Below are positions 9,086 through 19,398 of a stretch of 64,000 nt of DNA, one piece after another. The position numbers and the translations under genes were made by a program. The stretch's first letter is position 1, and the number at the start of each line of letters is the position of its first letter. Below the pieces are notes generated by a model. It did no database searches and was not told the DNA's origin. It saw only the letters and a list, made by a program, of their open reading frames with translations. The stretch is from an uncultured Verrucomicrobiae bacterium (GTDB lineage Bacteria > Verrucomicrobiota > Verrucomicrobiia > Chthoniobacterales > UBA10450): NCBI GenBank assembly GCA_963801815.1, contig CAWDGJ010000002.1, forward strand, positions 64,001-128,000, given 5' to 3'.

Positions 9086-11626
9086 ATGATACAGGATTTC
9101 AAGTTCGCGTTCCGGCAGCTTCTCAAATCACCAGGATTCACCAGCGTCGCCGTCCTCACGCTCGCTCTCGCCATTGGCATCAACTCCGCAATTTTTGCCC
9201 TCATCAACGGCGCGGTGCTGCGGCCGATGGTGCCGGTCCGGCCGCAGGAAGTGGTCAACGTTTTTAACTGCCGCCAGAACGCGAACCACGATTATCGCCA
9301 GTTTTCCTACAATGAATATCGCGAGCTGCGCGAAAACCCGGGAGACCTGTTTGTCGATCTTGCCGCGCTCGAGTTCGCAGTCGCGGGCATCGGACGGGAT
9401 CATGAGATGCGCCGCAGTTTCGCATTCATCACTTCGGAGAATTACTTTTCCTTGATGGGCGTGAGGCCATATCGCGGTCGCTTCTATAACGCCGAAGAAT
9501 CCAAACCGAACGCGAACATCGCGGTCGTCGTCGCGAGTTACGGATTTTGGAAACGCCAGGGCGGTCGCGCCGATTTCGTTGGCAGTACTTTGCAGATTAA
9601 CGGCCAGCCTTACAGCGTCATCGGCATTTCGCCGGAAGGATTTTGTGGCGCGAGCGCACTGATCGCTCCCGATGTCTGGGTCCCGCTCGGGATGCGCACC
9701 CAACTCGGCTCGGCTTTTGGCGATTCCGAAAACATGCACGACCTGAACAATCCGAAAAATTATTGTTTCAACCTCGTCGGCCGCATGCGCTCTGGCCTGA
9801 CGATTGAATCGACAAAGTCTCGATTGCCAGTTTTATCGCAACGATTCAACGCCATGCAGACCGACGCCGAATTTCAGCGCGAAGTGCAAATCCAAAAGCC
9901 GTCGCGCTTCAGTTTGAGCACATCGCCGGAAGACGACGGACCGGTGGCGTTGATCGGCACCTTGCTCATGGCGATGGCCGGCGCGGTCCTGCTCATCGCG
10001 TCCTTAAATCTGGCGAACATGTTGCTCGCGCGCGGAACATCGCGTGCGAAAGAGATTGCGCTTCGTCTCGCCCTCGGTGCCTCTCGTTGGCGAATCGTCA
10101 GGCAATTGCTGGCGGAAGGTTTGCTCCTCGCAATTTTCGGCGGTGTCGTCGGACTGATCCTGAGTGTGTGGTGCGACAATCTTCTACTTCACTCAATGGC
10201 GTCTTTGCTCAACAACGTAAACTTCTCGTTCATTGTCGATCTTACGCCGGACCTTTCAGTAATTGCGGTCACCTTCCTGTTTTGTTTGATCGCAACGCTG
10301 CTCTTCAGCCTTGGGCCAGCGTTGAAAGCGACCAAGGCCGATTTGGTCAACGATCTAAAACAACAGGTCGGCGAACCGGCAAGGATCGGACGCTTCTCTC
10401 GCTTCTTCGCCCCGCGTCACATTTCGGTCATGGCGCAAATCGCGCTCTCGCTCATGCTCCTTTTCGCAGCCGGATTATTTTTCCGGGGGGCAATGAAAGC
10501 AGCGGGATTGAATCCCGGATTCGTGGCGGCCGGCGATCTCGTCACGGAAATGGATTTCACTTTGGTGAAAAAAGAGCCGGTCGATGCGCGCCGTGAAATT
10601 TTCAACATCATCCAGCGTGCGCGCGAGCTTCCCGGCGTCAAAGCAGTCGGCGTCGGCACGATGTTGCCTTACGGAAATTTCACCAACAGCCGCCGGATCA
10701 TGTCGGCAAAATCGACATTGTCGAACGACCCGAAAGCACCCGATCCTGGCGCGACTGCGCTTTGGACTGCAACAACCCCCGGATATTTCGAATCGATCGG
10801 GGTAAAGATCTTGCGAGGCCGCGATTTCACTCAGGCGGAATGCGAGGACAAAGATGGTCGCCGCATTGGCATTATCGACGAGGAGATGGCGAAAAAGCTT
10901 TTTCCGAACGAAGACGCGATCGGTCAGCATGTGCGCTACACCGTTCCACCGAAGGACGGTACGCCGAACGATCTGGAAATCGTCGGGATCGTGAATACGC
11001 ATCGGCACGATGTGCAAAACGACACTCCCCTAACGCGACTGTTTGTGCCACTCGCGCAAGGTTACACCGGAGACGTTTTCCTGCACGTCCGTCTCAACAC
11101 TCAAGATCGACAATCGGTCGCCGGCATGACTTCGAGCGTGCGGTCGATGTTGCGCGGAATCGATCCCGATCTTCCCATCATCAACATGTCGCCCTACGTC
11201 GATCTGATGGATCGTTGCGTCGGTCTTTGGGTGGTTAGGCTCGGCGCAACTTTGTTCGGCGCGTTTGGTTGCATTGCGTTATTGCTTGCCGTCGTCGGCG
11301 TTTACGGCGTCAAAGCGTACGCGGTCGCATGTCGCACTCGCGAAATTGGAATTCGGATGGCACTGGGAGCGCATCGCAAAGATGTTTTCGCATTGATCAT
11401 GCGCCAGGGCGCTTTGCAAACTGCGCTCGCGGTTGCGGTCGGACTTTTGTTGTCGCTCGCCGCCGGCCGCGTGCTTTCGCAAATCCTTTATGGCGTTAGC
11501 CCAAGCGATCCGTTCGCGTTAATCACATCGAGCCTGATGCTCGCTGCTGCCGCCCTCCTCGCTTGCTTCCTCCCCGCCCGACGCGCAACCTACGTCAATC
11601 CAATCACCGCGCTGCGAACCGAGTAG
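9086..11626 (+). CDS. ABC transporter permease with duplicated MacB/FtsX domains (ADOP type)
   Basis: DFKFAFRQLLKSPGF, EIALRLALGASRWRIVRQLL, RTREIGIRMALGA, NPITALRTE; start at MIQD. Confidence 0.9.
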   Translation: MIQDFKFAFRQLLKSPGFTSVAVLTLALAIGINSAIFALINGAVLRPMVPVRPQEVVNVFNCRQNANHDYRQFSYNEYRELRENPGDLFVDLAALEFAVAGIGRDHEMRRSFAFITSENYFSLMGVRPYRGRFYNAEESKPNANIAVVVASYGFWKRQGGRADFVGSTLQINGQPYSVIGISPEGFCGASALIAPDVWVPLGMRTQLGSAFGDSENMHDLNNPKNYCFNLVGRMRSGLTIESTKSRLPVLSQRFNAMQTDAEFQREVQIQKPSRFSLSTSPEDDGPVALIGTLLMAMAGAVLLIASLNLANMLLARGTSRAKEIALRLALGASRWRIVRQLLAEGLLLAIFGGVVGLILSVWCDNLLLHSMASLLNNVNFSFIVDLTPDLSVIAVTFLFCLIATLLFSLGPALKATKADLVNDLKQQVGEPARIGRFSRFFAPRHISVMAQIALSLMLLFAAGLFFRGAMKAAGLNPGFVAAGDLVTEMDFTLVKKEPVDARREIFNIIQRARELPGVKAVGVGTMLPYGNFTNSRRIMSAKSTLSNDPKAPDPGATALWTATTPGYFESIGVKILRGRDFTQAECEDKDGRRIGIIDEEMAKKLFPNEDAIGQHVRYTVPPKDGTPNDLEIVGIVNTHRHDVQNDTPLTRLFVPLAQGYTGDVFLHVRLNTQDRQSVAGMTSSVRSMLRGIDPDLPIINMSPYVDLMDRCVGLWVVRLGATLFGAFGCIALLLAVVGVYGVKAYAVACRTREIGIRMALGAHRKDVFALIMRQGALQTALAVAVGLLLSLAAGRVLSQILYGVSPSDPFALITSSLMLAAAALLACFLPARRATYVNPITALRTE

Positions 11627-11673
11627 TGATATCGCCGGCAACGATTTCGGCCGCTTCGCGCATTGACGTGCAG

Positions 11674-14133
11674 CTAGTAAGAAACTGCAGTCGTCTCTGT
11701 TTCACAGACTGGCACAACTAAAACAAGGACGAAATAGGTCAGCGCAGTGATCAGCAAGACCTGCGAAACAAACAAGAAGTCCGACATCCCCAACTCGTAG
11801 AACTTTTGCTCTGTCCCAAGCGGACCAATGGAGATTTGGACGAGCAACGCAGCCAATTTCAAGTTGCCAAAAATCAAAGCCGCAATCGCTCCCTGCCTTG
11901 CATTAACCAACCCGCGAAGTCCGACAAAGACCAATACAACCACCACCAGCGGCAATGCGTATTTCAGCCAGGTCAGCGGAAAACAGACAGCCATCTCCGT
12001 TAACCCTGACACTTTTTCAGGAAGATATCTCAGCGCGAAAGAGAAATCGATTTCTTGAATGAAAAAACCCTGAAACAAGGTCCAGAAGGTCATGACCAGC
12101 GTGGCCGCGAACAGCAGTCCGGTGCGCTCTTCCGCCAAGTCCGATCCATCTTTCACCGGCCCACAGTTGTGGACAACTGTAATCCACGAAGCAAAGAACA
12201 CTGGCACGATTGAAACCACGGCCAAGATGACGAATGGAAGCTGGGCGAACCAACAACAGTAGAGCGGCAGAAACACCGCTGTCCCAGTCAGAAGGATTCG
12301 CGCATCTCGGCGACGAACGATCCAAATTAAATATGACGCGCAGGAAAGGTACAAAATTACGCTCAGCGTCAGGCCCGTTGCGGAGTGCCGGTTTAACCAA
12401 TCAATAACGACATTGTGCATCCGGCCAATATCGGGTCGTTGACCGCGAAGCAATTTCGCCGCGAGCAGCAACACACAAAATGAAATCCACGCTCTGGCGG
12501 TCAGACGAATCTCTCGAAAACGGCGAGTCACAATCACGCCCAGCAAAATCACCACGCCGCCGAGCAACCACGCTTTCAGGATATTGGGAGCGAGTTGTGT
12601 TTTAAAACCACCGCTTGGCAACACGAACATTGGAATAGCACAGAACGCCGCCGGCCAGCCCTGCAGACCACGTTCGAACAGCAAAACAATCACGGCTCCG
12701 ATTGCGATCAGAGCAATGACAGGATGATGTAAGAATATTCGCTGCGCACGTTCTTGATCGAACGCAGTCCAAGCTGCGCCACCGAGCAGCAGAAGAAGGA
12801 AGCAAAGGCGTCGGAGCTCGCCTGCTTTGATTGCCCAAAAAAGCAAAGAAACTCCAATGAGAAATGCGAGTGCCACCCCCAAAGTCGGGGTCGCATAAAG
12901 CCACAGTGCGATCGCCAGAATCGCCATTGCAACGAGTGGCCACATGGAAGATTTCGGAAAGTTGTTGATCCGAAATGCCACCGTGATCCAGGCGAGAAAA
13001 AGGACAAGCAATGGTAATGCACGTTGAAAAGAAGCCACTGCAGCCGAACGGCTCTGCGCTCGCTTTTCTGTAATCGCGCTCGGAAGATTATCCGGACTAA
13101 CCCTGAGCACGTCCGCTTGAACGTTTCGAAATGCATCCAATCGTCGCTGAATTTCCGCCGTAGCCACCGTAGAATCGACCGGAGTTTCTATTCCAAAATA
13201 GCGACCTTCGTAATTGATTGGCAACGGCAGGTTAAAAGGGAAAGCCATGAAAAAAAGCATGTCGACCTGTCGCAACTGGTCGAGCGAGCCGAGCGCTGCG
13301 AACAACTGCGGATAAGTTCCGCCCGCGAACATTGCCACCGACCATGACGTGTGATTGCCGCGTTCGTTGTGACCGTGGTCTCCCGTCACGATGAGATGAT
13401 CACTATTCAAATCGAGGTTCCCGATCAGCTCCGATAATTTCGAGTCCACTGCACGAAAATGCCGCTCGTACTCGGGGTGGCCGGGATGCCAACGGTGGGC
13501 CACGGCATCCGTCCCGCCCACATGCAGAATGATTAGCCGCACGCTTTTGTCTGACAAAATTTCGATCGTTTTGCCGATTGCGACCAGATCGCAATCGAGT
13601 TCCGTCTTTGCGAGCTCGGGACGATTTACCGTAATCGCTCCGTACTGACCATACAGTCCGAGGATAATGAAGTCGGCGATCATCGCCGGTTTCAAACCGG
13701 CGCGCGCCGCGGCCGCCGGCAAACTGTTATTCTCGGAGCCCCGTTGACCGGTAAAATCGTGAATTCCACTGGCGTAAGGACTCTCCCGTCCTTCGAGAAG
13801 TGTTTGAATACAGGGCAAGCTCATGTTGCCGCCGGCAGTGTGGACATCGAGGAAAGTTGAACCCTGCTGCTGCGCGAGTGCCTTCAGATTCGGCATCAAT
13901 TCATCCACGTCCTGGCGCCGCAAACTGTCTACAATGACCAAAACCAGGCGATCATCGCCGGGACTTTCCAGGGATTTCTTTTGCGGTGTAGTGGTGGGGT
14001 TTGAAATTGGGCTTAAGCTCGCGCCGTAGATAAACAGCATGCTGAGACCGAGCGGTAACAGCATCACTAAAGTTAGAACAACGGCGCGCCGCCGCTCGCC
14101 AGAGAGCACGGGTTGAGAATTCCACCAACCCAA
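11674..14133 (-). CDS. Alkaline-phosphatase-superfamily membrane enzyme resembling GPI ethanolamine-phosphate transferases (PIG-G/PIG-O)
   Basis: N-terminal TM; VIVDSLR, SLPCIQTLLEG, LHVGGTDAVAH and VTGDHG metal-site motifs; long multi-TM C-terminal half. The start may be GTG 14109. Confidence 0.7.
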   Translation of the reverse strand: MGWWNSQPVLSGERRRAVVLTLVMLLPLGLSMLFIYGASLSPISNPTTTPQKKSLESPGDDRLVLVIVDSLRRQDVDELMPNLKALAQQQGSTFLDVHTAGGNMSLPCIQTLLEGRESPYASGIHDFTGQRGSENNSLPAAAARAGLKPAMIADFIILGLYGQYGAITVNRPELAKTELDCDLVAIGKTIEILSDKSVRLIILHVGGTDAVAHRWHPGHPEYERHFRAVDSKLSELIGNLDLNSDHLIVTGDHGHNERGNHTSWSVAMFAGGTYPQLFAALGSLDQLRQVDMLFFMAFPFNLPLPINYEGRYFGIETPVDSTVATAEIQRRLDAFRNVQADVLRVSPDNLPSAITEKRAQSRSAAVASFQRALPLLVLFLAWITVAFRINNFPKSSMWPLVAMAILAIALWLYATPTLGVALAFLIGVSLLFWAIKAGELRRLCFLLLLLGGAAWTAFDQERAQRIFLHHPVIALIAIGAVIVLLFERGLQGWPAAFCAIPMFVLPSGGFKTQLAPNILKAWLLGGVVILLGVIVTRRFREIRLTARAWISFCVLLLAAKLLRGQRPDIGRMHNVVIDWLNRHSATGLTLSVILYLSCASYLIWIVRRRDARILLTGTAVFLPLYCCWFAQLPFVILAVVSIVPVFFASWITVVHNCGPVKDGSDLAEERTGLLFAATLVMTFWTLFQGFFIQEIDFSFALRYLPEKVSGLTEMAVCFPLTWLKYALPLVVVVLVFVGLRGLVNARQGAIAALIFGNLKLAALLVQISIGPLGTEQKFYELGMSDFLFVSQVLLITALTYFVLVLVVPVCETETTAVSY

Positions 14134-14161
14134 TTTTCCTGCAAGGTATCCTTCTGGGGCC

Positions 14162-14234
14162 TGGCTGGGGCCGGAATCGAACCGGCGACACGTGGATTTT
14201 CAGTCCACTGCTCTGCCAACTGAGCTACCCAGCC
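14162..14234 (-). tRNA. tRNA-Phe (GAA), CCA not encoded
   Basis: Reverse complement GGCTGGGTAGCTCAGTTGGCAGAGCAGTGGACTGAAAATCCACGTGTCGCCGGTTCGATTCCGGCCCCAGCCA folds as a cloverleaf. Confidence 0.97.
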
Positions 14235-14491
14235 GCGAGGTGGTCACTAAAGCAGAAAAGATCGCCCACTCAACCGGCATCAACTTCTTGGAGCACGCCG
14301 TTCTGTCGCCGCCTTTCATTTGGGACATGACACCCCTCAGTCAGGCGAGCTTTTGAAGCAGCTTGAATGTCGTGACCGGATAGCCTCGAACGGATCCGCA
14401 CACGAGTCAGAAAATGGCAACTTAAGTTACCTTGACCTTGGACGGACGTTTCCAACCGTTAAGGAACACTAATTAAGAACAGAAAAACAAT

Positions 14492-15340
14492 ATGAGCACA
14501 ATTACTACGAAAGATGGCAGGCAAATCTATTATAAAGACTGGGGCAAAGGCCCGGTCGTGACATTCTCGCACGGCTGGCCTTTAAACTCCGACGCTTGGG
14601 ACGGCCAAATGCTGTTCCTGGCCCAACGCGGTTTCCGGGTTGTCGCACATGACCGTCGCGGCCACGGACGATCGACTCAAACATCAATCGGAAATGACAT
14701 GAATGGCTATGCCGAAGACCTCGCAGCCGTCATCGAAAAACTCGATCTCAACGAGATTACGCTGGTTGGTCACTCGACCGGCGGTGGAGAAGTCGCCCGT
14801 TACATCGGACGCTACGGGACGAAGCGAGTCGCGAAAGCGGTCCTGATTTCCGCAGTCCCGCCACTGCTGATAAAGACTGCCGCCAATCCCGACGGTCTTC
14901 CGATTGCGGTATTCGACAAACTCCGAGCCGAACTCTTTAAGGATCCTTCGCAATTCTACAAAGATTTCGCCGTTCCGTTCTACGGCGCGAATCGGCTCGG
15001 TGCCAAAGTCTCGCACGGAATGATCGATCAGTTCTGGATGTGGAGCATGCAGGCCGGCCTGCTGAACTCCTACGAAAGCATTAAGGCGTTCTCGGAAACG
15101 GATCAGACTGAGGATTTGAAAAAATTCGACGTGCCAACGCTCGTTATGCACGGGGAAGACGATCAGATCGTCCCCATCAAAGATTCGGCGAAGAGAGCGG
15201 CCAAGCTGATCAAAGGGTCACAGGAACTCTACTACCCGGGGGCTCCACACGGCCTAACCGCAACCCATGCCGATTGGGTGAATTCGCACTTGCTGGAATT
15301 TTTGCAGCAAGATCAGCCGATGGCCAGAAAGGCTGCGTGA
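14492..15340 (+). CDS. cpo: Non-heme chloroperoxidase / arylesterase (alpha/beta hydrolase)
   Basis: [24 protein letters not shown] nucleophile elbow, [14 protein letters not shown]. Confidence 0.9.
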   Translation: MSTITTKDGRQIYYKDWGKGPVVTFSHGWPLNSDAWDGQMLFLAQRGFRVVAHDRRGHGRSTQTSIGNDMNGYAEDLAAVIEKLDLNEITLVGHSTGGGEVARYIGRYGTKRVAKAVLISAVPPLLIKTAANPDGLPIAVFDKLRAELFKDPSQFYKDFAVPFYGANRLGAKVSHGMIDQFWMWSMQAGLLNSYESIKAFSETDQTEDLKKFDVPTLVMHGEDDQIVPIKDSAKRAAKLIKGSQELYYPGAPHGLTATHADWVNSHLLEFLQQDQPMARKAA

Positions 15341-15364
15341 ACTTAAAGCGGAAAAGAAGAGCAT

Positions 15365-16138
15365 ATGAATAAGAAAATGAAAATCGTGGTCATCGGAGGC
15401 ACTGGCCTCATCGGAACAAAGCTCGTGAACAATCTTCGTCAGCGCGGACACGAGGTGTTGGCAGCGTCACCCAAATCGGGCGTCAACACCTTTACCGGTG
15501 AGGGACTGGCCGGAGCGCTTCAAGGCGCTCAGGTCGTTGTCGACGTCGCGAATGCGCCGTCGTGGGAGGACAACGCGGTAATGGAATTCTTCAAGACGGC
15601 GGGGCGTAATTTGCTTGCTGCGGAGGCTGCCGCCAGCGTACGGCACCACGTAGCGTTGTCAATTGTAGGCGCTGACCGGCTTCCCGCGAGCGGATATTTG
15701 CGCGCGAAGGTGGCTCAGGAAGACCTCATCAAAACTTCAGGGATTCCATTCACTATCGTCCGCTCGACCCAGTTCTTTGAGTTCGCGAAGGGCATTATCC
15801 AGTCGGCCAGCGAAGGGCAAATGATTCGGCTATCACCAGCTCTCATGCAGCCCATCGCGGCAGATGACGTCGCCGCTGCCCTGACTGGCGTCGCAGTCGC
15901 CGAGCCATTAAACGGCACAATCGAGATCGCAGGCCCCGAACCGATCCGAATGGATGAGCTCGCCCGTCGTTTCTTGAGCGCTACGCGAGATCCGCGCAAG
16001 GTAACCACGGACGTTCACGCCCTCTACTTCGGCACAGAGATCAATGATCAAAGCCTTACCCCCGGCGGTAACGCGCGCCTCGGCCCGATGCATTTCGAAG
16101 AGTGGCTCAGCCGCTCGTCGGCGCGAAAGGCAGCTTGA
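15365..16138 (+). CDS. SDR/NmrA-like NAD(P)-binding oxidoreductase
   Basis: VIGGTGLIG, HHVALSIVG, YLRAK, RSTQFFEF. Confidence 0.88.
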   Translation: MNKKMKIVVIGGTGLIGTKLVNNLRQRGHEVLAASPKSGVNTFTGEGLAGALQGAQVVVDVANAPSWEDNAVMEFFKTAGRNLLAAEAAASVRHHVALSIVGADRLPASGYLRAKVAQEDLIKTSGIPFTIVRSTQFFEFAKGIIQSASEGQMIRLSPALMQPIAADDVAAALTGVAVAEPLNGTIEIAGPEPIRMDELARRFLSATRDPRKVTTDVHALYFGTEINDQSLTPGGNARLGPMHFEEWLSRSSARKAA

Positions 16139-16270
16139 ACTTGGGACGCGGCGGCAGATCGTATGATACTCAGCGGTCTGCCGCGCATCCTGCAAAGCAC
16201 CTCAGATAAACCTTCCCCGGAGCATCACAAGAACAACCAGGCCACATACTGGAGAGCACATCACAGTGAA

Positions 16271-16726
16271 ATGAAACAAAGCCGAACTTCAAAACCAGTC
16301 GCGCTGCCGCGCTTGACCTACTTGCTTATTGTTTGCGCATTCATCGTCGGTGCTATGTGCGTGGGCTCAGGGAAAGCCGCTGACAAAAATGCCAAGGTTA
16401 CACTCGTCTACGAGCACGCCCTGCCGAATGTGCCGGGCAAAAGCATCAAAGGTGTGCTGGTAGAATATGATCCCGGCGGTTCGTCGCCGGCCCACACGCA
16501 TCCCAAATCAGCTTTCATCTACGCGACCGTTCTCGAGGGAGCCATTCGCAGTTCGGTCAATGACGGGCCGATCGTTACGTATCGCACCGGGCAGAGCTTT
16601 TCCGAAATGCCCGGTGACCGGCACAGCGTAAGTGAGAACGCGAGCAAGACCGAACCCGCGAAGCTGCTAGCCGTGTTCGTGGTCGATACGGACGAGAAGG
16701 AACTGACGACGACCGACGAAAAATGA
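16271..16726 (+). CDS. Secreted cupin-domain protein
   Basis: Signal-like hydrophobic N-terminus; PAHTHP and FSEMPGDRH cupin motifs. Confidence 0.85.
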   Translation: MKQSRTSKPVALPRLTYLLIVCAFIVGAMCVGSGKAADKNAKVTLVYEHALPNVPGKSIKGVLVEYDPGGSSPAHTHPKSAFIYATVLEGAIRSSVNDGPIVTYRTGQSFSEMPGDRHSVSENASKTEPAKLLAVFVVDTDEKELTTTDEK

Positions 16727-16800
16727 AACGATACCGGAGTTTCTGGAGTGTGCCGCCCTGTGCCCCACTATTTTGAGGCACTGCGTGCAGGTCCTCGACT

Positions 16801-17367
16801 TCAGAATTTTCGGGGCAACTCCACCGCATGACCCAGCAACTTCAAATACTGGCTACGCGGAATCTCGACGGCGCCAAACTGTTGTAGATGCGGCGTGGTC
16901 CATTGAGTGTCGAGTAACGCAAACCTGCGCGCGCGAAGGTGCTCTACTAATCCAACGAGGGCGATCTTGGATGCATCGCGGAGCCGATGAAACATCGATT
17001 CGCCAAAGAACGCGCCGCCGACTGCGACCCCGTATAAGCCACCGGCGAGTTTGTTCTTGCTCCAGGCTTCGACTGAGTGCGCGTAACCGAGCTCGTGCAA
17101 TTCCTCATAGCTTTCGATAATCTCCGGATTGATCCACGTGTCTTTGCGCTTTGCGCAGCCGCGAATGACTTCGCTGAACGAATGGTCGATCCTGACTTCG
17201 AAAATATTTTTGCGGGCCGTCCGCTGGAGCGCGTGAGGAACATGAAACGTTTCCAGTGGAATAATCGCGCGCGGATCCGGCGAAAACCACGCGATCGAAT
17301 CGTCCTCCATCGCCATCGGGAAAACACCGAGCCGATAGCCTTGCAGCAAAAGCTCGGAGTCGATCAT
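16801..17367 (-). CDS. aat: Leucyl/phenylalanyl-tRNA--protein transferase
   Basis: GVFPMA, WFSPDPRA, AHSVEAW, GGLYGV, FFGESMF, LLDTQW. Confidence 0.95.
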   Translation of the reverse strand: MIDSELLLQGYRLGVFPMAMEDDSIAWFSPDPRAIIPLETFHVPHALQRTARKNIFEVRIDHSFSEVIRGCAKRKDTWINPEIIESYEELHELGYAHSVEAWSKNKLAGGLYGVAVGGAFFGESMFHRLRDASKIALVGLVEHLRARRFALLDTQWTTPHLQQFGAVEIPRSQYLKLLGHAVELPRKF

Positions 17368-17398
17368 GAACGAAAACGTATCCAATTCCTTTAGAGTT

Positions 17399-17423
17399 GT
17401 AGAGGCGCTTGTGCCAAGCGCCT
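17399..17423 (+). repeat. GTAG-type REP-like hairpin; CTAC-ending degenerate partners follow at about 17470 and 17520
   Basis: GTAG-AGGCGCTTG-TGC-CAAGCGCCT; a decayed copy is at about 27408-27430. Confidence 0.7.
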
Positions 17424-17565
17424 GTTAATTTAGTTCGGTGCTTGAGAACAATCATGCCGCTCTGCGGCAAACTACAAGAGGGTTCATTATAGATGCACTA
17501 GCGGGAGCGTAAGCACCGCTACAACGCTCATTTGCTTTTCCAGGCTTCGTTTCTAAAATGAGCGG

Positions 17566-17763
17566 ATGAAGCCCTGGCCGATCCTGATGGCGATCGCATG
17601 TCTTGCGCTGGCCGGCTGCGCAGATCCGATGGAAAAACGAACCGGCGACGAGGTTTCATCTCAGCTTCAACGCGGCGTAAGTGGCCAGGGCCAGATCGGT
17701 CCCGAACAACGCGAGCCCGGCGATCCGGCCGGCGCAAATAGCGTCCCGCAAACGCATCCATGA
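17566..17763 (+). CDS. Small lipoprotein
   Basis: MKPW..LALAGC lipobox; ATGA overlap with guaA. Confidence 0.7.
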   Translation: MKPWPILMAIACLALAGCADPMEKRTGDEVSSQLQRGVSGQGQIGPEQREPGDPAGANSVPQTHP

Positions 17764-19352
17764 AAATCGCGGCGCCCCCGAAACACTCCAAAATCCTTAT
17801 CCTCGATTTCGGGTCTCAATACACTCAGGTGATCGCGCGCCGCATTCGCGAGCTGCAAGTGTTTTCCGAAGTGGTCCGATTCGATATTTCCGCGGCGGAG
17901 ATCAATAAACTCAGTCCGAACGGAATCATTCTCTCGGGCGGACCGGCCAGTGTTTACGACAAAGGCGCGCCCCAAATCGACAAGGAGGTTTTTTCATTAG
18001 GCATTCCAATGCTCGGAATTTGTTACGGCCTGATGCAAATGGCACATCATCTCGGCGGCGAAGTCGTGTTCACCGGGCGACGCGAATATGGCGCGGGAAT
18101 GCTCCACATTACCAACGGCTCGCAGCTGTTCGATGGGCTCGGAAACCAGCTGGATGTTTGGAACAGCCACGGCGACGAGGTCACTGCGTTGCCGAAAGGA
18201 TTCCTCACCGCCGGGCGGACCGACAGCTCGAACTTTGCCGCTGTCGAAGACCGGCAACGCAAACTTTACGGATTGCAATTTCATCCGGAAGTCGCGCACA
18301 CGCCGCGGGGCAAGGAGATCCTGCAAAATTTCGCGTATCACATCTGCCACTGCGCGATGGACTGGACGATGGGCTCGTTTATCGAAGAAGCCTGCGCCCG
18401 CATTCGCGAGCAGGTCGGCGAGGAAAAAGTTGTCCTTGGATTGAGCGGTGGCGTCGATTCATCGGTAACGGCGGCGCTCTTGCATAAGGCGATTGGCGAT
18501 CAGCTTACCTGCATCTTTGTTAATAACGGTCTCTTGCGCGCGCGCGAGGAGGAAGTTGTCCAGCGTGTCTTCGGCGAAAATTTTCATATCCGGCTCAAAT
18601 ATGTCGACGCTTCGAAGCGTTTTCTGGAAAAACTGCGTGGCGTTGCCGATCCCGAGCAAAAGCGAAAGATTATCGGAAACGAATTTATCCGCGTCTTTGA
18701 AGACGCAATTGTCGAGCTCGCCAGACAAGATCCAAAGTCCAAAACCCAAAATCCAAGATTTAAGTTTCTCGCGCAGGGAACGCTTTACCCGGACGTAATC
18801 GAGAGCGTGTCGATTGACGGAAATCCGGCAGCAGTCATTAAGACACACCACAACGTCGGCGGATTACCGGAAAAAATGCACTTCGAATTAGTCGAACCGG
18901 TCCGTCAATTATTTAAGGACGAAGTACGCCAGGTTGGACTGCAGCTCGGTTTGCCAAAGGAAGTAGTCTACCGGCAACCGTTTCCAGGTCCCGGACTTGC
19001 CGTTCGAATTCTCGGCGAAGTCACGCCCGAGCGATTGTCGGTCTTGCGCGAAGCGGACACGATCGTGCAAAGCGAGATGGAAGCAGCCGATTGGTATTAC
19101 AAAGTCTGGCAATCGTTTGCCGTGCTTTTGCCCGTGCGATCAGTCGGAGTTATGGGCGACCAACGCACTTACGAAAACACCGTGGCGTTGCGTATCGTCG
19201 AAAGTCAGGATGGAATGACCGCGGACTGGGTGCGCGTGCCTTACGAGTTACTGGCGCGGATATCGTCGCGCGTCAGCAACGAAGTCAAAGGCGTCAACCG
19301 CGTTGTGTTCGACATCTCGAGCAAACCGCCAAGCACCATCGAGTGGGAATAG
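17760..19352 (+). CDS. guaA: GMP synthase (glutamine-hydrolysing)
   Basis: [48 protein letters not shown]. Confidence 0.98.
   Translation: MKIAAPPKHSKILILDFGSQYTQVIARRIRELQVFSEVVRFDISAAEINKLSPNGIILSGGPASVYDKGAPQIDKEVFSLGIPMLGICYGLMQMAHHLGGEVVFTGRREYGAGMLHITNGSQLFDGLGNQLDVWNSHGDEVTALPKGFLTAGRTDSSNFAAVEDRQRKLYGLQFHPEVAHTPRGKEILQNFAYHICHCAMDWTMGSFIEEACARIREQVGEEKVVLGLSGGVDSSVTAALLHKAIGDQLTCIFVNNGLLRAREEEVVQRVFGENFHIRLKYVDASKRFLEKLRGVADPEQKRKIIGNEFIRVFEDAIVELARQDPKSKTQNPRFKFLAQGTLYPDVIESVSIDGNPAAVIKTHHNVGGLPEKMHFELVEPVRQLFKDEVRQVGLQLGLPKEVVYRQPFPGPGLAVRILGEVTPERLSVLREADTIVQSEMEAADWYYKVWQSFAVLLPVRSVGVMGDQRTYENTVALRIVESQDGMTADWVRVPYELLARISSRVSNEVKGVNRVVFDISSKPPSTIEWE
18731..18758 (+). repeat. 4x TCCAAAA-like heptamer array in frame within guaA
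   Basis: tccaaag tccaaaa cccaaaa tccaaga, encoding [10 protein letters not shown] just before FLAQGT. Confidence 0.7.
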
Positions 19353-19398
19353 GCCGCAACCAGAAGTCAGAGGTCACAGCTCACAGGTGAGATGTCGA

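Noticed and set aside
11627..14234. Integrative element at tRNA-Phe (also checked at both tRNA-Leu genes)
   Set aside because: I found no duplicated tRNA 3' end and no integrase by eye.
14288..16775. TGGAG-headed degenerate hairpins at about 14290 and 16745 as ends of a cassette around cpo-SDR-cupin
   Set aside because: The similarity is too short and decayed to support a boundary call.
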